This document shows positions 12,430-25,692 of a DNA stretch of 64,000 bases, piece after piece. The notes below the pieces were generated by a model. That model saw only the letters and a list, made by a program, of their open reading frames with translations, was not told where the DNA came from and did no database searches. Source of the stretch: Monocercomonoides exilis PA203 (lineage: Eukaryota; Protista; Preaxostyla); contig LSRY02000008.1 of the NCBI GenBank assembly GCA_001643675.2, positions 1,674,001 through 1,738,000 of the forward strand, given 5' to 3'. The first letter of the stretch is position 1. The number at the start of each line of letters is the position of its first letter. The translations under genes were made by a program, and so were the position numbers.

Positions 12430-13977
12430 TTAAAATTCAAGAGAAAATATTCCACTTCTATAAGACACAACAACCACACTCGGTGAAGAAGGATTTGCAT
12501 TTGAGTTACAATCAATCTTCAGCTTTCTCATTCCCAGATGACCTGTTGATACATTGAACAGCGCTCCAGTTGATGAAAGTGCTCCTGTTTCGATCGAACC
12601 TGCTTCCCTTCCCTTCCCAATGACTGAAATCTTCTTTGATCCAATCTCAATTGTTGTTGCCTCACTTTGATGATTTCCATCCAGCAGCGTGATTGCCAAG
12701 TTTATCTGCACCTCACTCATTTCAAATGCCTTCTTCACTGTCAGACAAGGAAATGTTTCATTTGCCCCACACAACTCAAAATTATCATTTCCATTCACCG
12801 AAACATATATCGTCTTGTCCTTCAGCCAATCCTTTTTTGATGTTTGATCATATGTCCAGGTACCTGAAGGATAATATGCTAAACACACCCTCTTATCATC
12901 TGTGTTTGTGGTGTAACATTCATAAAATGGATTTCCTGATTCCAAATACAGATTGTATGTATCTGCAAATTCGGCATCATGTCCTCGTGGATTATTTGCA
13001 TCCCTGCAGCTGCATTCGTGAAAAAACAAGAAGAAGCAATATAGTTTATTGTCAGGTGCTGTTGCTCGATTTGGCTGCAAAAATAATCCTCCTCCCTCTT
13101 GCCGTGCTGAACATGAAATAAACTGAATGCTCCTCATTTTGAATTGTGTCGCAGGAACAGTAGCACAACACATGCCTCCACCATATATATTTGTAACTGA
13201 GCATGAAGTGAAGCTGCAGTCAAACACACACGCACTCTCCCCTTCTCCATTTTCTGTTCCAATGCATCCTGTTTCTGAAACCTGAAAATTTTCTAATTTC
13301 AACCCTCCTCCATATCCAATTGCTTGACAGTTTTTGAACTCACATCCACTCACCCGAGCACAAAATGAAGCAGATAGGATATAAACACCTCCCCCATATC
13401 GATTTGTGGAGACACAACAATTCAAAGTGCTGCTTTCAATAGTCACTGCTCTGATGGTATTGCACATTATCCCTCCACCACACCAATATGAAGAACACTC
13501 GTTGAATGCGCAGTGAGAAATGGAAAGTGTTCCAGATGTTAAGGTGTGCATGAATATTGCTCCTCCATTCGAGGCTTGATTTGAATAATCTTCACTCTTC
13601 TCAGTAGCCTTCGATCCACTCCATTCGCACCAAATAAATGAATTTACTCCATTATCCGTTGCGTTTTGTCTCCCTGGAGTCAACTTATCGTTTTTTTCTC
13701 CAATGCATTCAATATTTCTTGTCCGACAACACCCAACGAATGAGGTGTTTGAAGCTGTCAGAGATGCAAAGGGGTTGTTCAGAGAAGGAACAATCCCGCC
13801 ATCATATGCATTGCAGACTGATGAAAAGGAGCAACTGCTCATAAAACATGAGGCTTGGGTTGACGTAGTTGTTGAAGGTGAATAATCTGAAGATGCTGTT
13901 GAAAAGTTGAAAAATGATAATTTGGAGAGAGAAGCAAATGGCATCGAGGGAGTTGAGAGGAATGGGGCTTGACTCAC
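12430..13977 (-). CDS. Beta-helix family copy 2; 5' frame disrupted, 3'-truncated (cassette or pseudogene)
   Basis: 515-aa ORF. Upstream ORF 13978..14190 ends in TGA and the family ISVSES motif is out of frame. Ends at a decayed SDGGGSLSLE (SYRSGIFSLEF*). Confidence 0.75.
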   Translation of the reverse strand: MSQAPFLSTPSMPFASLSKLSFFNFSTASSDYSPSTTTSTQASCFMSSCSFSSVCNAYDGGIVPSLNNPFASLTASNTSFVGCCRTRNIECIGEKNDKLTPGRQNATDNGVNSFIWCEWSGSKATEKSEDYSNQASNGGAIFMHTLTSGTLSISHCAFNECSSYWCGGGIMCNTIRAVTIESSTLNCCVSTNRYGGGVYILSASFCARVSGCEFKNCQAIGYGGGLKLENFQVSETGCIGTENGEGESACVFDCSFTSCSVTNIYGGGMCCATVPATQFKMRSIQFISCSARQEGGGLFLQPNRATAPDNKLYCFFLFFHECSCRDANNPRGHDAEFADTYNLYLESGNPFYECYTTNTDDKRVCLAYYPSGTWTYDQTSKKDWLKDKTIYVSVNGNDNFELCGANETFPCLTVKKAFEMSEVQINLAITLLDGNHQSEATTIEIGSKKISVIGKGREAGSIETGALSSTGALFNVSTGHLGMRKLKIDCNSNANPSSPSVVVVSYRSGIFSLEF

Positions 13978-14196
13978 TCACAGAAATATTCCATTCAATA
14001 ACTCCTTCTCTTCCTTTCCCCTCTTAGAAAAATATCGCAAAATAACCCAATATGGCTGTGCCCATTTTTCTATCTCTTCTGCCTCTTCTGAAATGAATCT
14101 TTTTCCCACATCTCTGTTTTTCCTTTTGTTTCCATCTTTCGCTCCTAACCTTATTCCATTCACATTCTTCGTTTGTGAATATTCACGCAAAAGTCC

Positions 14197-14321
14197 CTGT
14201 TATCAATTAAAAAACATATTTAATAATACAAAAAAATCAAAAAACATAATATATAAAAAATAAAAAAAATAAGAAATAAAAATCAAAATAACTTCAATAA
14301 TAAATATGAAAACCCCTGCAC
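14197..14321 (-). other. Probable spliceosomal intron upstream of copy 2
   Basis: Minus strand reads AAAATG|GTGCAG...T-rich...TTGATAACAG|GGACTTTTGCGTGAATATTC. Equivalent segments at 37711..37835, 46347..46414 and 49455..49561. Confidence 0.5.
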
Positions 14322-17300
14322 CATTTTATTTTCACAAACTTCCGCTCCAACTTCCGCTTCTTCATTTTCTTCTCATCCTCTTTCTCTTCCTCTCCTTTCT
14401 CTTCCGCTCCTCCACTGCCCCATCCACCTCTTCCCACAAAACAATCTCTCATCCGCATTCCCTTCTCTTTCCCCATCCCTTCAATGAAATATTCCTCATC
14501 ATCCCAATAACCCAGCTAACACTAATAACCCTAATGACCCTAATAACCCTAATAACCCTTTCCTTCCCCTTCTGCTGCTCACAAAACAGAAACTTCTCAC
14601 AAATATCAAAAAGCCCTCTTCTCTGCCAATGCCTTGTGATAGCAAAGATTCCTTCAAGTCATTCTTCCGCTGAATCCATTAACTGCCCTTCAGTTGTCTT
14701 CTTCTGTTAATCTTCCTCATTCCTTGTTCTCTCATTGATTTCTGAAGAAGCCTTCAAAAAAAAAAGAATGGATAATGAATGTGAAAATAAAAATATGTAA
14801 TAAATCATTGAAAATATCGGTCAAATAATATGACAAAAAATTATAAATAATTATAAATGATAATAAATAGAAACACCTTGATAATCCTTCAATCTCTATT
14901 ATTTTTTTTCTTTTGTCAAAGCATTGCCACTTTCATTGCCAATTCATCGCTTTCATCGCTTTCATCCTCTCCAAATAAAATAAAGCCAGCTGAATTCATT
15001 CCATTTTGCAGCTTTTCCTTTCCAAAATGCCTCTTTTAATTAATAGAATGGAGCATACACAAATAATCTTCAAAACACTTTCTCCTCACTTTTGAATCTT
15101 TTCATCAAAAATATTTCTCTTCTCTCTCTTTCTTTTCCCTTTCTCTCAACCCACCTTCTCATTCCACTCCCTCCAATCAATCCCTCCTTTTTGCTCCAAT
15201 TCACATTTCCTCTCTCCAAATTCAAAAATCACAGTCTCTTCTTCAACTCATTGAAAATCATCAGCACACCTTCTTTTTCACCCCCCTTCTCCTCAAATAC
15301 CATCATCCAATGTTAAGTCCTTTCATTCCATTTGATTTGTAATTCTGTTCATCGAATTTCTTTGGACAAATAAAACATTTTGTATTTACTGTAAATGAAG
15401 AAGAAGAAGAAGAAGATGATGATGATGAATTAATTTGGCTGAAAACCAATTGCAGTTGTGTGGAAATGAATGTTATTTTCCGGTGAGAATAAAACAAACA
15501 ACGAGCTCACTTCTATGCTTTCCTGTTCCTAATTAGGAAGTGTTGAATAATCATCCTTTTCTTCTTTTCTGATCTTTCGTGTTGCTTCAACAAATCAATG
15601 ACTGTTCAGCGTCTGCCCAAACAGAATCCTCAGAAACAGCTGAATAACAACAAAATGACAATAATAAATAAGTGAAAAAATAAATAAAATAAAATAAAAT
15701 AAAATAAAATAAAGCATTTGCACAAACTTGGAAATTCCATCGTAGATCCTTCATCATCTCAACTGCCTTTCGAATCATTTCCATTCTTTCTCTCTCTCTC
15801 TCTTTCTCTCTTCCTCTCTTCCTCTTCCTCATCTCCTTCGCTTCACAAAATAATTAACCCTCAAACACTCAAAGGCCAAACAACTCAACAAAAAGAATAA
15901 ATAAATAAAAATTAAATAAAAATAAAATATATTTTATATTTTATATTAAATTTTTATTTATTTTTATGTTCTTGTTCTCCTTCTGTCGATATTTGCACCG
16001 CCCACTCACTCACACATACTCTTTTAGCCCTTTTCTACTGCCACTCCACCAGAAAAGCACCTCGACACATCGCGCTGCCCTCCCCTTCGCCTTCTTCTTC
16101 TCCTTCTCATTCTCCTTCTTCTTCTTCTCCTCCTTTCTCTGCACCTTTCTCTGTGCAATTAGACATCTGTGTGCTTCCGCTGAAGAAAAAGAAAAAAAAG
16201 AAATAAAAAATTAAAATTAAAAAAGATAAAACAAACCCGGCAAATACGCTTGTTGTAGCAAATGCCTGCCAGGCACTCTGACGCATCAAGAAAGACATCC
16301 CTCCTCTCTCTCTTTCTCTCTCTTTCTCTCTTCTATCTCTTTCTCTCTTCTCTGCTGCCGCAGAGCTGCCATAGGGAATGTTTGTGCATGTTCCAAACTC
16401 CCATTCCAATGCCATCTGCTCACAAAACACATCAAATGGACTGCATAAATTCAGTTTTCGTGGCTTTCTGCAGAAGGGCTATAATTCAGCTGAGCGGCTG
16501 ATAAAATTGCAGCACACAGCCTCTGTAAGCAGCCGCTCTTAGACAGACCCCAAAATGAGTGCTGCAACTCCAACATGCAAAGGGCTCATGCCAAAATGGG
16601 TATCCGACCCGAAACCAGATAATTCTGAAGGCAATCGTCTTGTGTCCTTATCACAAATGCTCATCCATGCCAAACAAATCGGCACATAACGCGCATGCGA
16701 CTTGGAAGGCCATAAGACTCTGGAAGAAATTAGCACAAAGCCATGCGCTCATATTATTCCATGCCTCGTGCAAAATTTGAGCGCAACGAAGCAAAAACAA
16801 AAATCGAACGAAAACATGCAAAAGACATGCGCAATTCGTAAAAATGAGCAAATTGATGCGGGGTTAAAGTTGTGTGCAATTTGTGGAATTCAACACAATT
16901 TGCAGAAAATGACGATGCTGCGTATCAAAAGAAGGCAAAGCAATCAGATGCTTCAATGCTGAAGGCAACAAAAAAAAAAAAAAATAACATACAAGGCACG
17001 CAACATTGCAATGAACGATTACAGCTTATGCTCTTTGCTAGGCTGCAGCGCTCCAACCTTTTGCACTCGTTCCCAGATTAAAAAATTTGTTTCTGCTGAA
17101 AGAGGGAAAAATAAAATGCTTGAGAAGCATAAGATAATAAACAAAAAGCAACTTCATACCACCTGCTTTTCAGTCGCCGAGCGTATGCCCAGAGATATTA
17201 AATTATTTGTAAAAAATTTTTTATTGATTTTGTTTCATTTCGTGCATACGCGCTCCTAACATAGAAATATCTGTTAAAAAGTCTTGACTGTCTCGCAGAA

Positions 17301-20198
17301 TTAAAAGTGAAAACATTCAAGCATTCTTCATTGCGCATTGGCATTCTAGCAGCCTTGTACTTGAAAAAGGAATGTTTTCCAAATTCAAATAATTTATTAA
17401 TGGTTGCATTTATCCATCATTTTCGCAAAATATAATTAACATGCACGAAAAGAGGGACCGCCAAATAAAATTTACCGCCAATTTGGATGCATTATTATGT
17501 GAGAGGATATATGAAACATGAAAAGTAATGCTGCTGGCCTTGGAACTGCGATTAATTCGATTGTTTTTTAATATTCGGAAAGCATTGGGCTGTGCAGCCA
17601 CAAAAGGCTCGAAACTGCGATACAACGTATATTCTTATTTCTATTTTGGTTTTATTCAGTCAGAGGATATTTTATGTTTTTCTAGCCTTTTCGGAGCCAA
17701 AGCATCGAATGAAATGAATAAGATGGCGATTACGTCTTTGAAAACCTGAGCAACGAAGAAGACTCGAGAGGGATAATTGCATGCTCATAGAGGGCTAATG
17801 ATGAAGAAGTTTTATGACCAGCTCAATTTGAGCAAAAACAAGAGAGAAGGGCAAAAATAGTAAGAGAAGAAACACGACAAAGTCAAAAGGAAGAATAAGA
17901 GTAATTTTTTTAGCCAGAATCGAAAAGCAAATTAAGGAACAGGGGCGAGGATCCTTTGCATAAAAAAAAGAGAGAGATTTTTTGGAAATGAGGGGTGGAT
18001 TATTTGTATGCAGAGATATTTGCGATTTTCAGGAAAGATCGAGCTGATGTGAGCGAAGATATTGTTCGAAGCTGAACATCAAAGGTCTGTTGATTCAAAA
18101 TTTAAGTTATTTTCTTTTTTTCCTCATCGACATTTGTTCATTTTTGCTGTTCTTCAAGGCGATTTCTCCTTCAATTTTGTTCTCATTGTTGAATTCACTT
18201 ATATTTTCAGAGAATAATGATGAAACAAAGACTTATTTTAATTTTCTTAAGGGGAGGCACAAGCCGCACATGCGCATGCAACGATGTCCAAAAGGCCAAA
18301 CAATGCAAATAGCCAACGGGAGCGAAGAGGGATTGCGGTGCATGTGTTTATGCAGCAAGACCAAAGGAAGCGATATGGATCAGAACTCCACGAAGAGAAG
18401 GAAGTTTTTGCCATTGCCCTTTCCTTTCCTTCTTTTTTCTCCTTCTTCTACCATTTCAGTAATTTCGAGTAATTTTGCGGATGATGCACGCAACAAGGTT
18501 GATACGTTCCTGCTGTTGAAGTACTTTGACTGGGATTGTTGACTGCATTTCAGAGCAAAAAGTCCAAGGAGCAGTTTCATATAAATGTCGGGTTCGATGA
18601 AGATAGTTTTCTTCGCGCTTTCGAAAATATGTTTTTTATTGATATTTTCCTTCTGACGCAGGAACGCCTGCTTGCAGCTATGCGATTTTTTCCACCAAAA
18701 CAGCCAGCAATAATGAGGAGCCATTGAAGCGAATGTAATGATTTTGCCTTTTGTGTCTTTTATGCGATTCAATGAAATAATGTCCTATTTCTGGTGCAAC
18801 ATGGAAACTGCCTTTGACGTCTAACAATGGAACTGAAGCATTTTCAGAGCTGGCAGAATTACTGAGGATTGAGCAAAGGCAAAAGAAAATACAGGCGAAG
18901 ACTCAAAGTTAGTTTTCGGGGAAATCGAAATGACGGTGGCATGTTTGCTTACGAAAAGTGCTTCTGTCTGCGAAGTTTGATGAGTGCGTAAGACAAAGAT
19001 TAGCGATGGAAAGATTACCATGATGAATAAAAATGAAAAAATAGAGGAAGAGGAGCAAATGAAATTGCTTGTAGAATAAAATTTCGGCTGGGAAATGGAG
19101 TCAAAGGCATATTTTGACTCTGAGAAGACGCATATATTATTCATAGAGGCAAAACCTTCAAAATTGCATATAATTCTAGATTCGTGCTTGACAATTCCTT
19201 CGTCAAGTTCTTCATTTGCCATGAAATCCAGTAATTATAAAATCGATATGAACTGTTACATGCATTTTCTGAATTAGGAATTTGCTACGAAAAAAGAAAG
19301 AGAGCAAGAAAATCATTAAAATTTCAGCAACATCTTTCATTGGGCGATTTGTTACAAAACAGCAAAATTTGCATGCGTGCCACAGAAGCAAAGTGTGCAA
19401 AAGAAATGGAAACTCAAAATCTTTCGGATAAAGACGAAACGATGAAAACCGAAGGCAAATAATCGATGTAAACAGATGGCGCTCATCAAAGTTCCTGCTT
19501 TATTTGTTTTGAATTACGAGATTGAGAAGGATAAATACATCCGTGTATCTTTCATCAGGATCAGATGAGAATTTGAATTTCGTCACAGAAATCTAGTGTT
19601 ATTCAGATTTAGCGTTGCTTTCATGTTGGATTTGCCAGGAAAACAAAAGATATGAAGAAGGAAATAAATTAGAAAAAAATGTTGACACGGTCCAAACTGG
19701 AAAGATAAGAATTTCATACGACACCAACAAAAGAAACAGGGAAATAGTGGAAGAAGAAGAAAAAACCAACGCAAATGAATTAACACAGCAATTTTTATGA
19801 AAGGCTCATTAGATGGACTTTTTTGATGCATTCAAAAATATGAAAAAGAGAAATGCTTTCTAACTGGGATTTGAGCGCATGAGGAATTGTTTGCAAAGTT
19901 CGCGCTTAGCTGATAGAGCTTGTAAAGGCAAAGACTTTGCACACAAACTAATCTTCCAAAAAGTTGAATTTTTTGGTAAATGAGATAATTGACAATGACT
20001 CGACCAGAAAAGAAGAGAAAGAAAAAGAAGAAAATAACGATAATGTGGAACGTGAAGTTGGAATCAACGGAGATAACTAGCATTGCGTAATTTAAAGGCT
20101 TATCTTTTGTTTCTCTTTTTCATCTGACATTTTTCAATATTTCAACATCAAATGAGGCATGTTCGCCTTCAACAATTACGTCAACCCAAACCTCGTGT

Positions 20199-21498
20199 TT
20201 GATGAGCAGTTGCTCATTCACTTCTGTTTGTGATGCATATGATGGAGGAATTGTTCATTCCCTCAACAACCCCTATGCCTCTTTGACTGCCTCAAACACC
20301 TCATTTATCGGTTGTTGTCGGACAAGAAACGTGAAATGTGAAGGAAATGCAGATAATAAGAAACAGCCAGGGAGGCAAAACGAAACAGAAAATGGAGAAA
20401 ATTCATTTATTTGGTGCGAGTGGAATGGATCGAAGGCTACTGAAATGAGCGAAGATTATACAAAACAAGCCTCGAATGGAGGAGCAATATTTATGTATGG
20501 CTTAACGTCTGGTTCACTTACAGTTTCTCACTGCGCATTCAACGAGTGTTCTTCATATTGGTGTGGTGGAGGGATAATGTGCAATACCATCAGAGCAGTG
20601 ACTATTGAAAGCAGCACTTTCAATTGTTGTGTCTCCACAAATCGATATGGAGGAGGTGTTTATATCCTATCTGCTTCATTTTGTGCTCGGGTGAGTGGAT
20701 GCGAGTTCAAAAACTGTCAAGCGATTGATTATGGAGGAGGGTTGAAATTAGAAAATTTTCAGGTTTCAGAAACAGGATGCATTGGAACAGAAAATGGAGA
20801 AGGGGAGAGTGCGTGTGTGTTTGACTGCATTTTCACTTCATGCTCGGTTACTGGATCAAATGGAGGAGGCATGTATTGTGTCACTGTTCCTAATCAATTC
20901 AAAATGAGGAGCGTTCAGTTTATTTCGTGCTCAGCATCTACACATGGAGGAGGAATGAGATTATATCCTAATGCTCCAACAACACCTGATGATGGAATCT
21001 ATTGTTATTTCCTTTTTTACCACGAGTGCAAATGTTCTAACAACCCATCTTACGGCCATGATGTTCATTTTAGCGATCGCTATAATCTGTATTTTGATTC
21101 GGGAAATCCGTTCTATGAATGTTACACAACAAACGCAGATGATCAGAGGGTATGTTATGGATATAATTATACGGATTCTAAGGGTTGGACATATGGTCAA
21201 ACATCAAAAAAAAAATTGGCTGAAGGATAAGGCAATTTATGTGTCAGCGAATGGAAATGATACATCTCCACTTTGTGGGTCAAATGAATCAAATCCATGT
21301 CTGACAGTGAAGAAAGCGCTTGAGATGTGCGAGGTGCAGATAAGCTTGACAGTCACGCTGATGGAAGGGGATCACACAAGCGAGGCAACAACGATTGCGA
21401 TTGGAACAAAGAAGATTTCGGTCATTGGGAGAGGCAAAGATAAGAGTTCGATTGGAATAGGGACGCTTTCTTTTTCTTCTTTTCCATCTTTGCTATAA
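20199..21498 (+). CDS. Beta-helix family copy 3, truncated at both ends; frameshift in A-run 21206-21215 is probably a sequence error
   Basis: ORFs 20199..21230 and 20971..21498 together equal the intact mirror ORF 30408..31706 (A10 here versus T9 there). Confidence 0.75.
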
Positions 21499-21753
21499 CT
21501 TTTTTTTTCCATTTTTCCTTTTTCATTTTGACTGGGCGATTTGTTTACGATGAAGCGGAAGAAGAGGAAGAGTCTGAGGAAGAGTGTGATGAAAAAGAAG
21601 ATTAAAAAGAAGGGACTTTTGCGCCTGCTTTCATCCATTTCGTGATGCAAGAGATCTTCTATTGAAAGGAGCTTTTCACTGTTTCTTTATCAGAGAAATC
21701 GAATTCCTGATCCAGCTCTATGTTCTTTTTTGCTGAATAATAATGTTCACAGA

Positions 21754-24213
21754 TTATATAAATGATGGTATTACTCCGATAATAATCAAATGCACAATGA
21801 CACGAGTTGCATCTTCACAGGCAATTTTCTTCTTCCACGCATATACTGCACTCGGAAATGCGTCTAGAAATGCATTAAGCGGGAATTGTCCAATGATTGT
21901 ATCGTTCCGATCGTATCCTACCAGCTCGTTGAATTTCATATTATCCCGCTGGATATTCAGTGTTGGGGTGCTTCTTGCCCAGCTTGCCGAATTGCTCCCA
22001 TTGGCAAACACATAATTTCCACCAGACATTGCAGTGCAGCCTGAAATGTCCACATGCACGATCGAGAAGTCGTGCGAGCCATCTTCCAGATGCAGCATTA
22101 TCCCGCCACCATTTCCACTGCAATTGCATCCGTTGAATTTTGTTGCTTCATTTGCCGGGGTTGATGAAGTCCCAACCTGCAACTTGCTTGATGATTTCAA
22201 CTCGACCTTGATCCCACCACCACTTCCAGCCTTGCACTCGCATTCTTCGATTGTCACATTCTTGACCACAAACGTCTCTCCTGCCTTCACACTCTTTGCC
22301 ACAACCACCCCATCTCCTTCAGTCAACTTCACATTCGTCACCTTCACATTCGCCAGCACGCTGTCTCCTGATGCTGTGGCTGTCAGATACAGTGCAGATG
22401 ATAACAATGGCAACAATGAAGAAGAAGAAGAAGAAGGAGAAGAGAGATTCGGCTCAGAGAACAATGGTTTTGAGACATTCATATTTATGATCTCCACACC
22501 AACCATCGACAGCTGTGACAGCGGCACCACAAACACTGACGAAGACATCACATAGCCTCCAGTTTTACTCGTGGTGATCACAACATCCTCCAATGAGAGT
22601 GACCCACCTCCGTCAGACACCACAACCACACTCGGAGAAGAAGGACTTGAATTTGAATTGCAGTCAACCTTCATGTGCAATAAACCAAGGTGTCCTGTTG
22701 TCACACTGAACAACGTTCCTACTGCTGATGATGATGAAAGGGCTCCTGTTCCAATCGAACTCTTATCTTTGCCTGTCCCAATGACTGAAATCTTCTTCGA
22801 TCCAATCTCAATTGTTGTTGTCTCGCTCGTGTGATTCCCTTCCATCAGCGTGACTGACAGGCTCACTTGAATCACGCTCCTTTCAACTGCAACACCAATG
22901 GTTCGGCATGCACTTCGCTCATCCAATCCACATAACTCTTCTGTGCTTCCTCCACTCACAGCCACAAATCGATTGAGAATCCCTCTTTTCAGCCAATCCT
23001 TCTTATCTGTGTGCTGATATGACCAAGCACTTGCAATTGCATAATTGTATGCATAGCACACTCTCTGGTCATCTGTGTTTGTGGTGTAGCATTCATAGAA
23101 CGGATTGCCTGAATTCAAAAAAACATTATAATAATCAACATAATAAATATCGTGACCATATGGCGTATTTACAGAACATTTGCATTCATGGAAGAAAAGG
23201 AAATAACAATAAATCGTTTCATTTGGCGCTGCTGCTCGATTTGGATATAATTCCAAACCTCCTCCATATCCCAGTGCCGAACATGAAATAAACTGAATGC
23301 TCCTCATTTTGAATTGATTAGGAACAGTGACGCAATACATGCCTCCTCCATAATTGTTTGTCAATGAGCATGAAGTGAAGCTGCAGTCAAACACACACGC
23401 ACTCTCCCCTTCTCCACTTTCTGTTGGAATGCATCCTGTTTCTGAAACCTGAAAATTTTCAAGAAGAAGTCCTCCTCCGTAATTAACTGCTTTACAATTC
23501 TGGAATTCACATCCGCTGATTCGGGTACATGATGAAATGATTTTCACATACAATCCTCCTCCGGCATTGTTTTGAACAGAACATGAATTAAAAACATTAT
23601 TTTCGATTTGAACAGATTTGATTGTATGGCACATAATACCACCTCCACGACTGAATGCAAAGCAATTATTAAACAGACAATGCGAAACTGAAAGTTCTCC
23701 AGAATTGAGATTGTACATGCAGATAGCCCCGCCACCCGATATTCCATCTGAAACAGAATCGCTTGTTCCTGTTGTCTTCGATCCATTCCACTCGCACCAA
23801 ATAAATGTATTCGCTCCATTATCTGTTGTGTTTTGTCTCCCTGGAGTCAACTTGACATCTGCATTTCCTTCACATACAACGTTTCTTGTACGACAACACT
23901 CAGCGAATGAAGTGTTTGAAGCAGACAAGGAGACCAAGGGATTGTTGAGGGAAGAGACAATCCCTCCATCATACGCATCGCAGAGTGATGAGAATGAGCA
24001 GCTATTCATAAAACATGTGGTTTGGGAAAAGAAATTGGCCAATGACGAGCATGCCCCATTTGCTGTTGAGATGTCGAAAAAAGTCAGATGGGAGAGGGAT
24101 ACAAAAGGGATGGAAGGTGAAGAGAAAAATTGGAAAAAAGATAAGAAATGCGATTCACTCACTGAAACACTCCTTTTTCCTTCGCTCATTTTCCTATGCT
24201 CGTCTCCTCTCAA
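21754..24213 (-). CDS. Beta-helix family copy 4, longest 3' extent
   Basis: 819-aa ORF. Carries the KRGILNRFVAVSGG module and extra C-terminal GGG coils. Confidence 0.8.
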   Translation of the reverse strand: MRGDEHRKMSEGKRSVSVSESHFLSFFQFFSSPSIPFVSLSHLTFFDISTANGACSSLANFFSQTTCFMNSCSFSSLCDAYDGGIVSSLNNPLVSLSASNTSFAECCRTRNVVCEGNADVKLTPGRQNTTDNGANTFIWCEWNGSKTTGTSDSVSDGISGGGAICMYNLNSGELSVSHCLFNNCFAFSRGGGIMCHTIKSVQIENNVFNSCSVQNNAGGGLYVKIISSCTRISGCEFQNCKAVNYGGGLLLENFQVSETGCIPTESGEGESACVFDCSFTSCSLTNNYGGGMYCVTVPNQFKMRSIQFISCSALGYGGGLELYPNRAAAPNETIYCYFLFFHECKCSVNTPYGHDIYYVDYYNVFLNSGNPFYECYTTNTDDQRVCYAYNYAIASAWSYQHTDKKDWLKRGILNRFVAVSGGSTEELCGLDERSACRTIGVAVERSVIQVSLSVTLMEGNHTSETTTIEIGSKKISVIGTGKDKSSIGTGALSSSSAVGTLFSVTTGHLGLLHMKVDCNSNSSPSSPSVVVVSDGGGSLSLEDVVITTSKTGGYVMSSSVFVVPLSQLSMVGVEIINMNVSKPLFSEPNLSSPSSSSSSLLPLLSSALYLTATASGDSVLANVKVTNVKLTEGDGVVVAKSVKAGETFVVKNVTIEECECKAGSGGGIKVELKSSSKLQVGTSSTPANEATKFNGCNCSGNGGGIMLHLEDGSHDFSIVHVDISGCTAMSGGNYVFANGSNSASWARSTPTLNIQRDNMKFNELVGYDRNDTIIGQFPLNAFLDAFPSAVYAWKKKIACEDATRVIVHLIIIGVIPSFI

Positions 24214-25242
24214 AACTGCCTGCCATTACTCTTCTTCTATTTCAAAAATACTCTATTTTAGTGCATTCAATCTACATTTCTTTTCTATTTCCCTTCTCAT
24301 TTCACATCCATCTCATCTCTTTTATTCTTTGCTTATCTTTAAGCAATATTGGCATGTATTTTATTTCAATGGGATATAATATGGGTCGGAATTTTGTGCT
24401 TTATGAATTTTGTTCCACACAATATTTACAAATATTTTTCTAAATTTTAATAGTTTTCCATATTTCTTTTTGCATTTAAATTAAATACTTATTATGATAT
24501 AACAGCAGAAAAAGTTTAGAATAAAACGTCGATTTTTTCATGAATGCAAAAATTGTGTCCCATATTGTAAAGAAAAAATAAATATACGAACAATATTTAT
24601 TAGTTAAGCACATTGTTTACTTATTTATTTGCACTTTGGCAAGTGGAACAGATTATTTCATAAGTTATAATTGTGTTGGGAAATGAAAATTTTTGAGAGT
24701 ATTTTCATTTTCATGTAGCCAACATTTATTTGGAACAAACTCTAAATCAAAAAATATTATCCAAATTTTTTTCTTAACTTAATCTTATGAATCATATATT
24801 TTTATTCGAAAAAGCAAGAATTTCTTTGTTGTTTAGAGTTTATTCCAAGATCTGCATTATTACTAATAGAAATGATTTTACAAAATTTTGACAGAAGTTT
24901 TCGGTTATCAAAAATTCCATAGATAATAATAAATAATAGTGGCACACTTCGGGAAATGAGCCAGTTTTTGAACGTTCGTGCCATGAAAATAAGAAGGGTC
25001 AACTTTTTAATGGGACTTTTTAACTTATTGGCACATTTTTTTGTTTTGTTTGCCAACTGATAAAAAGCACGTAATTGCTTTCAGGACTTTAAAAAAACAT
25101 TTTTGACAAGTTTTGTACTATTTATTATTGATTTGTATAATTATTACTATTTTCTATTAATTGAAAAATTGAGAATATTTGCTTTTATTTTTTAATTTTT
25201 GCTTTTTCAAGCTAACCAAACTTTTCTCAAATTTTTCAAATA

Positions 25243-25692
25243 CAGTCTTAATTGGATATAATCACATCGAATACAATCACATTCGTTTATAGTCACATTT
25301 TTCCATGCACCGACATTTTTGGCCTATTTTTCATTCATTTTCTATCGCATATTATCACAAGGCTGAATATATATAATAACATTTTGTTTTATAATGTGTT
25401 CATTTTCATTGAAAAATCGATTTTTTTGATCATAAATTTCGATTTTTTGATTTTTCAGAAATATGTTTGAATTAGTCAAAATAATGTGTATTTATGATAA
25501 AAATTGTTCAATCAAGTAAAAAATGTGTATTTGTGAAAAATTTCCGAAAATGAAAAAATTGACTCAAAATAAAAATATTAATTCATTTATCTTTATTTTT
25601 TTCTGAGTAAAGCATCATCGTGCATAATCACAACCAGATATAGTCACAAAAAGTTGAGCAAAATCCGATGTGATTATATCCCGTTTTGACTG
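25243..25692. mobile_element. 450-bp non-autonomous Tc1/mariner (pogo-like) MITE with TA target-site duplication
   Basis: TA|CAGTCttaattGGATATAATCACATCG ... CGATGTGATTATATCCcgttttGACTG|TA. Subterminal ATAATCACA/ATAGTCACA repeats; no transposase ORF. Confidence 0.8.

Noticed and set aside
13978-13980. TGA readthrough or an alternative genetic code joining 13978..14190 to 12430..13977
   Set aside because: The TGA lies within the out-of-frame ISVSES coding motif next to a deletion relative to paralogs. Long ORFs elsewhere fit the standard code.
21206-21215. Programmed frameshift or phase variation in copy 3
   Set aside because: It is a one-base homopolymer difference from the intact mirror copy; sequencing error is more likely.
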